Source: Lama guanicoe (Eukaryota). Taken from it: a stretch of DNA of 64,000 nucleotides. Positions within the stretch are counted from its first letter, which is position 1, and each line of letters starts with the position of its first letter. Below, piece after piece: positions 37,157 through 51,679 of the stretch. The stretch is from assembly GCA_013239625.1 (NCBI GenBank), contig MU054187.1, positions 2,987,757 through 3,051,756 of the forward strand. The letters are read 5' to 3'. A program made the position numbers and the translations under genes. The notes beneath the pieces were generated by a model. It did not search any database, was not told the DNA's origin, and saw nothing but the letters and a program-made list of their open reading frames with translations.

Positions 37157-40100
37157 ACTGGGGCTTTGCATTTTTAAATTTGTGATCACAGCCTAGGGTG
37201 GGAGAGGAGTGGGGAGCAAGGGAAAGGCAGCTGAGTGGCTTTGAGCACCTCATCCCTCTGTCTCCCCACTGTTTCCCTGGCTTCTCTCTTTATATGCTAC
37301 AACCCCCACCCCTACACACACATATTTTTAGTGATGATTTTAGTGAGTAGGAGAGGATTCCTATCACGTTTTCTAAAAATCGTTTTTTGTTGTTGTTATG
37401 TTGAATTTGAAGTGTATGTTGCAATTTGGATGGCTTCTTTTGTTCCCTGAGAAAAACTGCTAATTTTAGTTAGGTGGGAATTGTTGTTGCTCAAAAGTAC
37501 CCACATTTTAATTATCCTGGCTAGAGAAGTACTGTGTTTCAAGTAAAGAGCTTAGTAGGGACACACTTGTCTTTTTGGTAGATTACTATATTTATATTTC
37601 TCTCCAGGTGTGAGTAAGTACACTTGAGGGGGCCCAAACTTATTCTAATGGTGCACTTTCTGATTAGCTTGCAGTATCTCCATATCTGATCTCTCATATA
37701 ACTAAGAACCCTTGGGGAAAGGTGGTGTGTCTTCAAAACTTTGATCACAGTTGGCATCTTCATTGACTGGCTTTGCTGCTTGTCGTCTGATCCACCAAGT
37801 CTTTTTACACAGTTGTTACTTCCACTTACAAACTGGACCACAGGGCTAAATTCTTTGGGCAGAGGGAACCATCATTTGAACAGTCACTGCCCGGGTTTAA
37901 GAATATAATAAAGCAGTATGCTTGGAAACATGCTTCTCCAAGTTTTATATGTTTTGAAAGCTTTTTGAAGTGATATTTTACATCTACAAAAATTATTTGT
38001 ATTGAAGCATTTCAATGCTAACATCCCAGAGTTTTGTTTTTTGCTTTTTGGATTTTTTTTTTTTTGGTTTAAAATGACTTAGTACATATAAGTAACGTGA
38101 GGAAACTTCCTCACAAGTGCACTGATGTGGGGCTACATTCTGCTAAGCCAGTGTCCTTTTCAATTTCATTTGTAGTTATTTTTGTGATTAAAAAAAAAAG
38201 CATTAGAAGTCATTATTTATGCTGAGTTATCCCACATGGAGACAACTCAGAGTTTGTGGAACAGAACAAAAAACTTCTTTTTGTTTCTGGTGAACTGTAG
38301 TGTTTTCATTAAGACCAAGTGTGATGATTTTTCAGCCTTTCCTGGGACCATTGCTTTGTAAAGCAGGCTAGACATAACCATAGACACAGACACGTAGCAT
38401 TGCCAAAGTTTCAAATTGTGAAACTTTTTTTTTAAAAAAAACAAATTCTTTCTGGAAAAGTGCTATATGTTATGCAGACAAACTGATGTTGGGAACCTCC
38501 CTAGTTTGGACTCAAAGCACTTTTTGAAACGTGTTAAATATGACAGCTCTATTTCCCATGATTGACTATTGCAAAGACTTACAGTTTGATGTGCTTCCTC
38601 AAGTTTGGTGAAAAACTCAAATTACTGAAACTGTTTAGTGGCCGGGATTCATAGGATAAGCAGGCTTAATCTGATAATGTAGCAAATGAAGCTTAACACT
38701 CCATTTGTTAACTTCTGCAAACTTTAGGCAGGATTTGGAAATCACTCACTTTCACCTTTAAAATTTCTAGATTTATGTAAACAGTGCAAACACTTCTCAG
38801 CTCTGTTGACTGAAGAACTATCTAAGTTTCTTGCAGATTGATACTTTATGAAAAATTGGGTGTCAAATTCTGTGAACTGAAGAGTCGTTTTAATTATAAT
38901 TGTGTGTCCTAGACCTTCTAAACTAAATATTTTCCCAATTGAAAAATGACGTTTAATATCTCAGGACATAAAATGCAGAGAGTGAGAAATAATTAGGAAA
39001 AGAAAAGGGGCCTAAACACATCTCAGTGAGACCACAGCCACTGGGTCAACTGGCCAACAGCAAAGCTGTCAAGGGGGAAGGGGGAGATTGAATGAAGAAG
39101 GAAGACCACAGGCCATCAGACAACTGCATTAACCAACCCAGCCCTTGGAGAAACTGTGGTCACACATGGCTCCTTTTTGTTAAGCATTTCTACAGTGTTT
39201 CCCTTAGAGGCTTTTAAGTTTGTTCTGCTAACACGTGGTCATCTGGGAGGAAGTATTGTTGGAAATGTTTTTAGATATTTGTTTACATATTCAGAACAAT
39301 GTATTTAATATGTATGTCTGAATTATCTAATCCTACTGTTCTTGGGTTCTGGTTAAGATATTTGGAGGATGGTGGTAACTTGGTGGAAGCATGATCTAAG
39401 ACCCAGCCTCGTTTTCTCCTTATAATGATTAAAAGCAAGACAAAACAAAACACTTTAGCCTAATGTAGGAAACTGAAACGCGATCGGAGGGTTCATGGAA
39501 TTTTGCACTTACATGCATGCTGAATTGTTTTGACTTCCCTAAGTGCACAATGTTTGAATGGAGCTTGGGGCTTAGATGTATCTTTGACAGTAAGCTGGTG
39601 AGATGCAGTTCATCTCAGATTACTATAGTAGACCATCGTCTTTGGCCACTATGGTTCCTTAAATTAGGAGCATCTCTGCTTCTTCTAGCTTTTCTTTTCA
39701 AGGCATTGTGCACAAATGGTGCAGAAACACCAGGGTGTGAGTGGTTCAAAGCTCAGGGACCATTATTCATGTTTTAACGTGCTACTTACTAAGATCAATA
39801 AAATAGATTTTAGCTAGGTTGGTTGGTAACTGTTCATTGTATTTCCATGGAAATCTAGTTATTTTAGGTAAGGGCCACATTCTAAAAGCTCTCTGTAGAG
39901 AAAATCCTTTGAAATAACATCAAAGTGTTTACTTGTTCAGGAATAGCTATTTGAAAAAATTTGGACACAATTTGCATGTGTTCGTACATGTATTACAAAT
40001 GCAACCGCTATAAGGAATGATACATATTCATTTTAATTAAAGTTTACTAATGGGAAATTAATGGCAGCTTTTAAAGTTGCAGGAGTTGATACTGGGAAAG

Positions 40101-41519
40101 AGCCATTTGAAATAATGAATTTTTGCTACCATGTGAAAAGAGCAATTACAACTTTAAAGGAACTGTGCCTGTGAGTGAATGAAAAAGTACTTTTCTTTCT
40201 TGATCACGAGGTGTGATCCCGGAAGTTCCTAGGAATGCAGTTCAGCCAGTGGCAATCATAAATGCCCAGTCAGAACAGTGTTTGGTCTTCATCCCCATGA
40301 CCAATTATACCTCGGTCTTCTTCCTTCAGAATTTATGACTTACTCTTAAAATTCCACCTGAACTTCTCCGGCACATGTACGTGTATAGGTTTGTACTTAT
40401 TTAGTTGTTTTCTAGAAAACAGGCCCATTGCAAAGTCAATGGATGGTAGAATGGAGAGTATTTTTACTATTTTGGTATTTGTCTCTGAACATTTTATCAC
40501 AAGAGTCGCCTGATGAAAGAACAGCTTTCCCTGCGTTTCCCATGCTTGATCCTCCACAAGGTGTTAACGTGTGTTCCACATTCACGTGCATCGAGGAAAT
40601 GACGTGCTGAAGACAGTTAAACAGATCTCTCCACAGCAGGACTTCTCACATCCTTTTCTTAGTAAGCTATCGTGCAGTTGTCAATAACTTTTTAAAGGCA
40701 TGTCTATTAAATACTCTCATAATTGTGTGGCACACAAAGCACTTTGAGAAACATTGTCCTATGCCCTTCCTAAACATGGCCAGCAAGAATTATAATAACA
40801 AGAACTTAATATGGCTCTTAAAAAATCTACAAATATTTTTATACTCCTTATCTTTTCTAATCATTAGTAGTTTTACGTGTGATAAAACTGGTTCAGAGAA
40901 ATTAAGAAACTGGCACAGGATTACCCAACTGTTACGTGCTTTAGCTTGGAGTCCAAACCAGGCCTGTCTTATCCCAAAGTCTGTGCCCTTTCTGGCTCAA
41001 TTAGCTAACTCCAAATGCCAACATTGATAATAAATACACCATGTATAAAAATGACAATTTACCTTGACTAAGGTTGGCAAAGTCCGAGAGAGAGATGAGT
41101 TTGGATAAGTTAGGTTGTTTCTTCAATAACATGCCAGTGGTTGAACGGCAGACCAGAGGCTGGAGCTCAGACCATCTCCGACCAGTGTCCTTCTTTGTTA
41201 CACCACTTGGACATGCTGAGGTTGTTGCCTGAAATCCCAGCTGAGTAACGTGATCTTGCAGTGGCGTTAACGATTAAATGGTGTAATGTATGCAAGCAAG
41301 CAGAAAGTGCTTTGCAAACAATCAACAGCTCTAGAGATAAAGAATGATAGGAAAATAGCATATAGGTCACACCTTCAGCTACTGGAAAAGTTCCTTATTG
41401 ATTCTGAGTTAGTTCTGGATTCTGCTGTAGGTCAGGAAAGATGGGTGCCCTTTCCTGTGTTTATCGAATGGCCATTCCTCACACGTCTGAGCTCCTTCGA
41501 CTGCACATTAGCTTATCTG

Positions 41520-41965
41520 TTCGTCTGTGTTGAGCACCTGCTCTGTGCAAGGCACTGTGCTAGTTACTAATCATCCCAGGATGAGTGAAAAAACACATCT
41601 TCTTTCAAGGCACCTAATGTCTCTGACAAGGAAGACAGAATAGTAAACAGAAAATTTCAGTACAGGGAATGAAACAAGAAACTCAAACCACCTTCATGGC
41701 TGAGGTAAGGCTCTGGAGCAGAAGATGTGTGAGCAAAGGTTTGAATGTGGGGAAGATCTGTTATCTGAATCAAGCTGGGTGTTGGCTGAGGAGCCTTGGG
41801 TGTGACTGTGTGTAAGGGCAGAGACGCAAGCAAGAGTGAGGCAAGACAGAGAGTGAGTAAGAGTCGCTAGAGATGAAGATAGACTATTTGGGCTGGACGA
41901 TGGAAGGAGCTGAGATTTTATTCTGAAGTCGCCGAGAAACCATGGAAGGGTTATTAGGAGGAGGA
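41520..41965 (-). mobile_element. L2 fragment
   Basis: 'ttgagcacctgctctgtgcaaggcactgtgctag' (L2 3' end) followed by 'tgagattttattctgaagt...gagaaaccatggaagggtt'. Confidence 0.6.
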
Positions 41966-44900
41966 CTGGTAACAAAAGGGTAAAACATTGTTTTATTCGA
42001 AGTTGAATGTTTCAGAAGACTTGTCATCAATTCCTCTCAAACTTGATCATGTCCTTTCTTTCATAAAAGTTTATTGATTTTAAAGGGATTGAGTTTGGAT
42101 GTAATTGGGGCATATAAATAAGGCCAACATGGTGAGAGAGTTGATTTTTCAGAAAAACAGATTGGTTGAAATTAATCACATTTATACTAAAGTAGATTCT
42201 TGGCAAAAGTTTATTTTGTGTTACTTTTGGAAGAGGTTTTCCTTAGGACATGGTGGGCTTCACCACACTGAGATTTAGGTTTCCTGGGGCTCAGAAGCGT
42301 GTCCCTTGTATCTGTGTCGCAGTTCACTTTTCAGAGGGTTTCCGTGTCTTCTTTCTTACGCGATCTTCAGAGTCATCTTTGAGGTGACGCTTTCATTTTG
42401 CCCACGTGGAAACTGAGACGGGGGATTTTAAGTGTTTTCCCTCCAGGTCACATAGTTCTGCACAGACTCTAGGCTAGAATTCGTTTTTGATGTGGGAGGT
42501 GGGGGGAAGGAACATGAAAAATGGTTGATGCATGTGAGGATGGTTAGATAGGAAAGAAGCCTGAAAACCTGAGAGCTCTCTAGTCACCACTGAAGGATTA
42601 TAATGTGGAAAAGACTTTCGTGTCAACCCTCTGGTACGAAATGGATGGGACCTACAGGAAGAGATTTTGAATTAATGTATGTAAGGAGAAACAATTTAAG
42701 TAGTCAAAAGGATCCCAAGATCTACTAAGATTCCTTAGAAGCAATGAGTCCTGCATCGCTGGATTGTCTGTAAGTACAGTGTGGAAACCACAGGCGGAGC
42801 TGTGGTGGAAGCAACTTTAACTCGTACACAGAGGGTTGGACTAGATCATCTTCCAGCTGTGAGGTTTTATGACGGTTTCTCGTTCTATGCTGCTCTAAAC
42901 ATAGTGGACTAAGCTTTGCCTTTTTGTGCATGAGAGAAGTACCAGTTTGCTCGAAATACTGCAGTTGTGTCACTCTGAAATCTATTCATTGGTTCATGGA
43001 CCCAGTATCTTCCCTGGAGCATCACAGATCCATGCCACATCCTGGAGTGTGTTAGCTAACAGATAACAAATCCACACGCAATCAGACAGCCCTCTGTGCG
43101 TTTACTTGGGTTTCTGTATGAGTTGGAATAATTTATGCATAAGTCTGTGTGGTAGATACACCTGTTTCAGGGTCTTTGTCGTAAGTACAAAAGTTGTAAT
43201 TTTTCCATTCACTTGAACTCTACACCGTTTGCTTCACAAAGATAAAAAAAAAGTTAGGCTTACTACACTCCAAGAAATTGCAGGCAACTTTCACAGAGCA
43301 ATTGAAAGTAGAATCTATACGGATGGATTCTACCATTTTTGAATAATGTCCACAATTCCTGGGTCAGTAGCTTTGAAGGTCTTTGCTCAGTCACTTACAA
43401 AAAAAAATTCCTTACTGTTTGAATATCCAAGTACGTGACTTGCTATTAATATGTTTTATATTTTACAGTTTTCAATGAAATAGTCTACCCACAAATTTAA
43501 ATAACACCAGTCACTGTGTAAGAGATACAGTGATTCCCCTTCACTCGAAGTCGCTGGCTAATCTGATCAGCACGTTTTCTTGGCTTGTTTTAGAGTCTGA
43601 ATGGCACACATTCTAGGTGTGTGGAAGGAAAACTAGGAATTAGAATTGGATTTGCTATTCTCATGCATTATCAGATACAAGGTTCAAGGTGGTGCTAGTC
43701 ATGAGAAAGTGTTTATTAGTTATAATCTTATAAAATACTTGTAATACGTTGATATATTTCATGGAGACAGCATTCAGTAATTCTCAACAGGAAATATTCT
43801 CCTGAACAGCCTGTGTCGTTCTGACCACCACACCAGCTATGTGATGGTGTCCCTGGTAACTGTTGGCATGACTGGTCAGGAAGGAGGTCCATGGACAAAT
43901 CTCATGAAGTCACTCTGTGGTTGGAACTCAGGTGTATAGGAACGCATATTCAGTGAATATTTACTCAACTGTGAAGGAAGCCCAGGTTATTCTTTCTTCT
44001 TTGTAAGGGTGTAGCTGCACTTGCTTGATTACTTCTTGAGTTTCCAACCGTGCAGTGAGTCAGAAATGGCGCAGTGTTATCTAGAGAGGATACAAGTCAC
44101 CCAGCTCTTTTTAGATTGCTGGTGCTAAGGATGTGGGGCTAAATTTCATAAAAAAAAATAGTTCTCTTCTGAGAAAGATGCAGCCAAAAGCCCAGCTTTG
44201 CTTTCCTGTTCCTGCTGATAGAAAAGTCAGATGGGGGAGGCTTTGGGGTAGATATTTTCCACTTAATTCTTACCTGCATTTGACCTTCTGAGAATATCCT
44301 TATAAACAGAATGATTTTTGGTGTTTTGGGTGCTCCCATTTGTCTGCTCATGGAAAACCTTCGCTTCCATTGTTACTACCACCACCCACCGCCACCGTCA
44401 TGGCCATAATTCTTGTCACCATAAAACACTGCTTCCAAGTCTAGCATCTGTACAGAACTAATACATACTGCAAGGGAGAATGAAGATGGGTTAACCTGGC
44501 CATGAGTCAGCCCTGAAGTCCCCCAGAGGCAGGAAGGGGTCTGTGGGACTCTGTTAGTGGTTCTCTGGCGCTGGGATGAAGGGAGAGGGTCATACCTAGA
44601 ATATCAGTGGTGGGTCCTGTTTAGAGGGGCAGCTGCCCTAGGGGGCACTGGACCCAATGGGGAGACAGAAGAGATGCTTCAGCGCTCAGTAGCCCAGACC
44701 TAGACAGGCACTGAGCTGTCTGGGGTCACCTGTGGCAGCACGTGCAGCCGATGTGACAGCCCTGGGACCCCACGAGCTGATCTTCTTTTGGTTTTCTCCT
44801 TCTGGGTCTTACTTTTCTATCCATGTGATGTGATTGGTCAAAAATAACGTCCAAGGTTCTTTCCAGGTTGAAAATTCTGATCCTGCTCTTCCCATGAACA

Positions 44901-47759
44901 CTTGTTTGCTTGCCCAGCCCCCAGAGCGCGTGCGCCGGAAAGACCGCACCTCTTCCTCGAAGCCGCCCCTGGTGTGTGAGTCCGTCAACGGGGATCTCCA
45001 GTGGGTTTTTCCAGAGCTGACGATATTAGTGTCTGAAACACGGGACTTCGTACCATTTATGCGTAGAGAGAGAATCTTAAGCTCATTTGTATAATGCAAC
45101 TCATTTTGTGTCAGTTCTGAATTTTAGTTATAATCATATCAGAGCATTTTCATTAAAACCCGTATCTTAGTGTCTGAAGCTGATGTTCGAAGTGTTGCGC
45201 GTCGCTCGTTCTGAGAGGTGTGCCGCACAGGCTCGGGCAGCCGGGCTGCCTTCTCCATGCCACACGGCGAGGTGTGCACAGCTGGAGCGCTGCGATTAGC
45301 AAGTAGGAACAATGCTTCACAGGCTCAAAAAGAACGATCCATTATGTCAACGAGAAGGCTGTTGTCAGAGCTAGATTTGCTTTTAAATTAAAAGCTTGTC
45401 TTGGGTTACACTGTCACTGATTTAATATGCTAGAAATTGAATTAAACTCCATACAAAGATACTGTACCCAGGCCTGCACTGGCTCAGGAGCAGGGCTGTG
45501 TTACCCTGTGCTGGAAGAGGAGACCGACACCGTGACCCTTCCTGGCTGGGGGTTGCCTGGAGCTCTAGGATATTGGATTTGTCACGACGCTGAACAATTT
45601 TCAACCCCATGACAAGATTTCAGATTTTTACATTAAAAAAAAGTAAGCATCTATTTAAAAATTATCTGAAGTATGTCAAACTATTTTCTCTTCATTATGA
45701 CTCAGAAGGAGTCTGTTTGAATCAGTTCTACTTCTTTTGCTTGATTTATGCACATGCCCTGTTTTCCTGTCAGGAGACTCCTTCTGCACAAACAGAGCAG
45801 TGGGCAGCGTGTGGGGTGGGTGAGGATCAGGCAGTCAAAACCAGGCATACACAGAACAAGTAGGCTCTGCAGTGAACATGAGTCTAAAAAGACTTGAGCT
45901 GACTTTGATTTGACTTCCCATCAAGTCCACAATTTAGAAGGACAAAGTCATCTTCTGGAACCACCAACCTAGGTGTCATCATGCAAATAGCATTTTGACT
46001 TCCTCTTTCTGCAGCTGAGATAAAAACTAGGAATAAAGCTATCAGATTGGGGCTAGCTTCTTTACTTTCTAGGTCTTTTCTTCAGTAGCAGGGAGTCAAT
46101 ACTGAAAACAAAGGCAGCCATTGTGGCTGTACAGTAACAAACGGTTCCGCATCACTTCGGTCATTAGATCATGGCGTAATCACCGCCTCGGTGTAACGGT
46201 GACAATGAAGACACTGTCCTTAAGGAAAGCAGGGGAAAGGATTTGTAAAGGCTTCTTTTGTCTTGACAGACTTTCAGCTCATTAATTTGCTGTTTTACAA
46301 AACTAAAATTAATAGCAATCCTTTTTTTAAAATGTAGGTCAATTCTAGAAGACTATCCAAAGTGATTTATTGTATTTGAGTCTGTTATTATAGCAGAAAT
46401 AAGGAAGCATGTCCCACAGGGTTTTGTATTTCCAGGGGATGCACTACGAGTAACAGCGGCAGTCGCGGATATCCTTCGGGATTTTTCCTGATTTGGTTGG
46501 TGATGTTTGGGTTTGAAAATTTGAGTTCTAGATGGGAACAGATTAATATAACACCATCCCAATGAAGGCATAAATGTTAGTTTTGTTCCTGCTTCTGAAA
46601 AGTAATCCAGTTTTACAATTACTTAAGGATATACTAATATCTACCTACTTTAAAATAAAGTTGGAATCAAATGAGTAAGGGGGAGAAACCCTGAAGTTTT
46701 TACCAAGGATGTATGTCCAAATACCCTGGAAACTATCATGACATCCCATTCTCTGATCTGCTGGTAGGAGAGGAGGGTGTTGGAGATAAATCATGCATTT
46801 ATTACCTGGAGGAAGAAAAAACTAGCCGTGAGAGAAGTGCATGAAGATAGAGAGCTTTAGTCCGTAATTAGAGGAAGAATTTTTAATCCTTGGTAGTGGG
46901 AAAATTGTTGTGACCCCTGTTGTAAATAGCTCATCGCAGCAAAGCTTGAAGCCAGGCTTCATCAGCCAGACCAAACTCCCATCATACGAGTCTGTTCTGG
47001 GGGCAAGACGGCGAAAGCTCAGGTCGTCCCTGTGGTCAGGTTGATGCAATCGCACTGAGGCTGAGGGCACCAGTGGGGTCCGCAGTCTGAGGGTGTTTGA
47101 CCTGAGCCCTGGGTTACCACACAGGTCAGAAGTAGGAAAGAAGTCAGCCGGCGGTGAGGGGGTCAAGGCCAGGGCACATCGTCACAAAGGGGGATGGATT
47201 CGGAACCCGAGAGTCCGAGCGAGGGACAGAAACAAACCTGACAGTGGTGAAAAGGTGAGAGTCTGAAGTCAGGGGCATCATGAAAGCAAACCATGACACT
47301 CGGACTTCAGAGCGGAAAACTGAAGGGAAATTCATCTCATTTACATTCTCACTACATAACTTCTTCCTGGTCAGATAGCGAGTAGGACCTAAAGTTGGAG
47401 ATTGAGTTCCAGTCCCACTCGGGGGAGGGTGGAGAGCTGGGATCGAAGGCAGGTTCTCGCTCAACCACTGCTGACACGTGCAAATTCCTCAGCAGCCCAT
47501 TGACAGAGTCACCACCTGGTTACTGTCATCGGTTACTGAGAATTAAATGACAAAATTAAGTGACCAACGACAACCTTTTAATCATGGATTCCACAAACAT
47601 CTGCTGAAAATCATAGGAAGGAAAACACGCTAAAAAGAAAATGCTCTCAGAAGGTTGACTGTCTAGGAAAGGAAGCAAGTCATGCTCAGACTCCCAAAAG
47701 CTGTCTGTGACGAGGCTCTGTGTGGAGCTGTCGCCTTGCAACCCGAGGTGGAGCCTGCA

Positions 47760-48078
47760 ACCAGCAGCTCAGCGTCATGTGGAAGCACCTAGAAATACAG
47801 GATCTCAGGCTCACCCCTGGTCTCCTGAGTCACAGCCTGCATTTCAAGATCCCCAGGGGATTTGTACACATATTTAGACTTTTTTTTTAAATTGAAGCAT
47901 AGCCAGTTTACAATGTTGTGTCGATTTCTGATGCACAGCATCCTGTTTCCATCACACATAGACATACTTATATTCATTTTCATGATAGGTTAATACAAGA
48001 TACTCAATGTAGTTGCTGTGCCACACAGAGGGACCTTGTGGATTATCTGTTTTATGCGTATTTAAGTTTGAGAAGCAG
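47760..48078. mobile_element. MER5-like hAT element interrupted by a short minus-strand L1 3' tail (about 47879-48060)
   Basis: MER5 text 'agaaatacaggatctcaggctcacccc...cctgcatttcaagatccccaggggatttgtacacatattt' resumes as 'aagtttgagaagcag' after an L1 tail 'ttttttttaaattgaagcatag...tttacaatgttgtg...tacaagatactcaatgtagttgctgtgc'. Confidence 0.75.
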
Positions 48079-49469
48079 AGTGGCGTCCATTCTGCTACGG
48101 AGAAGGGAGCGTCCCTTTCAGCCGCAGTGATCAGGGGAAGCCAGTCTGAACGGGACATTCGCGGAAAATGCGCTCGATCAGACGCTTTAGCCGGCGTCCT
48201 CACCCGGTGGCTCGGTCAGCGTGACGGGGAGGGTCGGAGCTTAGAAACTGTGACGACAATCGGGACATGGGTACACAGGGGCCTCTTTACAGACAATACT
48301 GTAAGTTAAAGTATGACAAAGAAAGTGAAAGGTTTTAGTAAAATCTTTATGAAGAATCCACTACTTTATGGTTTTGTTGTCCACAGCTGGTCTCTAGGGA
48401 AATAATGCAGCATGCCAGCTGCCCTCCCCTCGACGTTTTATACTGTACTCAGACCTCTCGTCACTTGTTCACCTGGGATGGAGTGGTGGGAGGGGGGCCA
48501 GGCCTCCTCAACAGAGGGGGGCCCTGAGGAAAACACTGGGTTCAGGGTAACCAGACGCTGAGGTTAGGGGATGAAAAAGGAACACGAGGGTGGCAGCTCT
48601 TACCAAGAAAGACATAAGGGTTGCTGTCTCTGCTTGGAGGGGAGGGGTTGGACTGGCTGTGGCATCCTTATTCATATTTTTCTGAAGAAGCAGAAGCCTT
48701 GAAGGTGAACAAAGGACATCGCGTCACTGGGTGTCGGGGATGGTGGAGCGGGAGGCCAGGTGCTGGGCATCCCTCACCCTCAGCTTCTAGTCTGATGGAC
48801 TAGGGGCCTCTGCACCTACGTGGGAAAAAGGAACCCCAGGAGGAATAAAGGAAACGAGCCAGGACTCCAGGCTTGCCAGGCTAAGTGCTGGCCAGGAGTT
48901 AGGGGGGTATTTTTATAAAATGATACGAAAAGATTTCCGATGACCAACCCGCTGTGCGCAGTTCGGCTCTTCACGGTGACCCTTGAGGTCCACGGGGCAG
49001 GTTACACCGTGAGAAGAAACACAGTGGTTCAGCCTGACTTTGTGCTTTCCTGTGCGTCTTCCCAAGTGCGAACCGGAGCATCAACAGTACGGCAGCATCT
49101 GTCAGAATCTGTGTTGCGGGATAACGAGGTAATGAGACCGGAGCCTCAGAAGAGGTGCGTTTGTGTGGAGTGTTATCACTCTCCTTGCTTCACGTTAAGC
49201 AAAAATAGAAAAAGATGACCTTCCCAGAAACGCGGCTTCTCAGAGTAGCGGTTCTCTCATTTCCCTTCCGTGGCACGGCTGGAGTTGCTCCGCCGTCACT
49301 CCTGTTGCTAGGGCTCCCTGCCCCGTCTGTGCGCTGGGATGTGGTTGTTCTGTCCAGTGTTCTCAAGTGTTTCCGTGGAGAGTTACTGAGTTAACTTCCC
49401 TCAGTCGGCTTTATCAGTAGGTGTGGTCGCCCTGCCGGGCCCTAGACCTGCGTGACTTTCCGAGATGGT

Positions 49470-49800
49470 AGCTGTGACCTGCACACGGCTGTTGAGATGT
49501 GGCTGTTCCCGACTGAGGTTAAAGTGTGGCTGTTTGCGACTGACGTGTGCTGTCACTGTCAAACGCCCAGGGAATCCTGAGGACTTAGTGTGAACAAAAA
49601 GGGATGATAACGACCTCATTAATAATTTTCATATGAATTCTATGTTGAACTGATAGCATTTTGGATACACTGGGTTTAATAAATTGTATTATTAAAATTA
49701 ATTGTCACCTGTTGCTTTGTTTAAACTTTTTACCTGTGACAACAAGAACATTAAAATTACAGACATGGCTTGCGTTATGTTTCTATTGGACAGAGATGCT
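49470..49800. mobile_element. MER33/MER3-like hAT-Charlie element
   Basis: 'acctcattaataattttcatatgaattctatgttgaactgatagcattttggatacactgggtttaataaa...attaaaattaattgtcacctg...aaaattacagacatggcttgcgttatgtttctattggacag'. Confidence 0.75.
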
Positions 49801-50119
49801 CCACATGATATGAGAGCTCAGATCTTGGGACAGAGGAGAGGATAAATCCAAAGGGAAGTGTTTCAAAGTGCTAAGATAAGACTTTACTAGAAGTTACCAG
49901 GGGGAAGGATGGTGAGTGGCTTCACTGCTGAGGCAGGTTGACTTAATGGGTTTTGCAAATAAGATTACCTGCTGGCAAAGACTGGCTCTTTAGGAGATAA
50001 CACCCCTAATGTGGGTACAGCCCATTGTCTTCCCTGCTTCCTGCCTTGCTGAAGGCCCAGCGACCCGCTACGCTTCTTTGGTGGCTTGATAAATAGTATT
50101 TGATGATGACAATAAGGAC

Positions 50120-50350
50120 TAAATCTTTGCAAGTGCCGCTGTAGCTCGCCAAGCCTGCTCGCTTCTATTAAACCATCCAGTCTTCACATCAGCCTCTCAA
50201 GGCAGGAATTACTGTCATTCCCCTATGAAGATGAACGGACTGAGGTTCAGAGAAGGGCGGAGGCCGGCCCTCGGGCGCACAGCTAGTCAGCGGCAAGGAC
50301 CTGCGCCCACACTCATGCCTTCAGCTTCCGAGTCTCACGCTTTTCCCACT
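50120..50350 (-). mobile_element. MIR SINE fragment, GC-shifted
   Basis: 'tcttcacatcagcctctcaaggcagg...gatgaacggactgaggttcagagaaggg...cacagctagtcagcggc'. Confidence 0.65.
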
Positions 50351-51679
50351 GCAACTTGCAAGATTAAGCCGAGAGCATCACTTGGAGAAGCACTTCTTGA
50401 CCTTTCAGACTGGCGGCTGTGCTGAGGACTATTTCCTGCGACATCAGTGGGGATCAGTTAAGACCAGTTATGGGGTTTCCTCTGACCACCGGGAAAGGGA
50501 GAGACACACCTGAGGAAGGGAGGCCAGGTCTGAGTCTTGACTTTGCTGTAAACTCCTCAGCTACAGAACAGTGGGTGGGAGCTCACATCAGATCATTTCC
50601 AAAGTCCCTTCCACCTCTGTAATCCTCTGCTGTCTGGTGTCTAAATGGGACACACTCAAATGGAACACAGTCATTCTTTTCACACACCTGATTAAATATC
50701 CATTCTGGGGCAATATGCATGTTGTATGGACCTGGGCTGGGTTTCTGATAAACTACTCCTGCAAATGATATTTTACCCTGAACTTCAAATACAGGGATGA
50801 TGGATCAATTTTATCCATAATGTGTCGCTTTCATTTGATACTTGCTGGTGAAATATGTGTTGATTCCACTGGGAAATGCGCGACACTCAAGACTGCGAAG
50901 CAGGCTGCGGTCCCGTGTGGGTAGGACGTCGGTGGCCTGTATTTATACCCTCATTCTGCATGCAGTCATGCCTTGTGCATGTCGGCGCTCTGCCCCCCGT
51001 GTGTTCCTGAATTATGAATTCAGCTGCAACCATGAAAGGCAAACCCTGATGTCAGTCCTCTCTCTCTCTGTGACCAGCAGGGTTTACAGCCATGTGACAC
51101 AACTTCAAATTCAACTCCCGAGGCCCGTCTCCGAGGACCAGCGCTGCAATAGTCCGGCATGTGCACGTGCTGGGAAATTCACCCTCAGATGCACACAATC
51201 CAAAATTTTCTGAATCAGACACAGCTAGTCTTTGTAAGAGCAGTTCCAAATATTCATTTCTAAATATCAAAAAGATCCTCCCCAAAGACCCCCACCCCAC
51301 CCAGTGGATGTGACCTGCCGATCACAGTTCTTATTATTACTTGGTTGTGGTGGCATCGCATGAGACATCTCATTATATTTCAGTGGTGTCATTTTTCTTT
51401 TTAGTTCAATGGCATCTTTGGAAAGTATAGTTTTTCCAGAGAGACTGATTTCCAAGTATGTTTTTGATGTTTATGACATTAAATGGGTTCTGATTCACTG
51501 TTTTTTTTTTTAAACCCCAAGTGATGTATTCCAAGAAGCAGACGTGTCTGTACCGCCGTTACTTTTCTCATGATTTTCTTCCACATGTGTGCATACCGAT
51601 CATGCAGTCATGTAGGTTAGGACATGCTGAAAAGAGCAGAAATGATTTAATTAAGCTCAGGAGGTCTGGCATGAACGTG

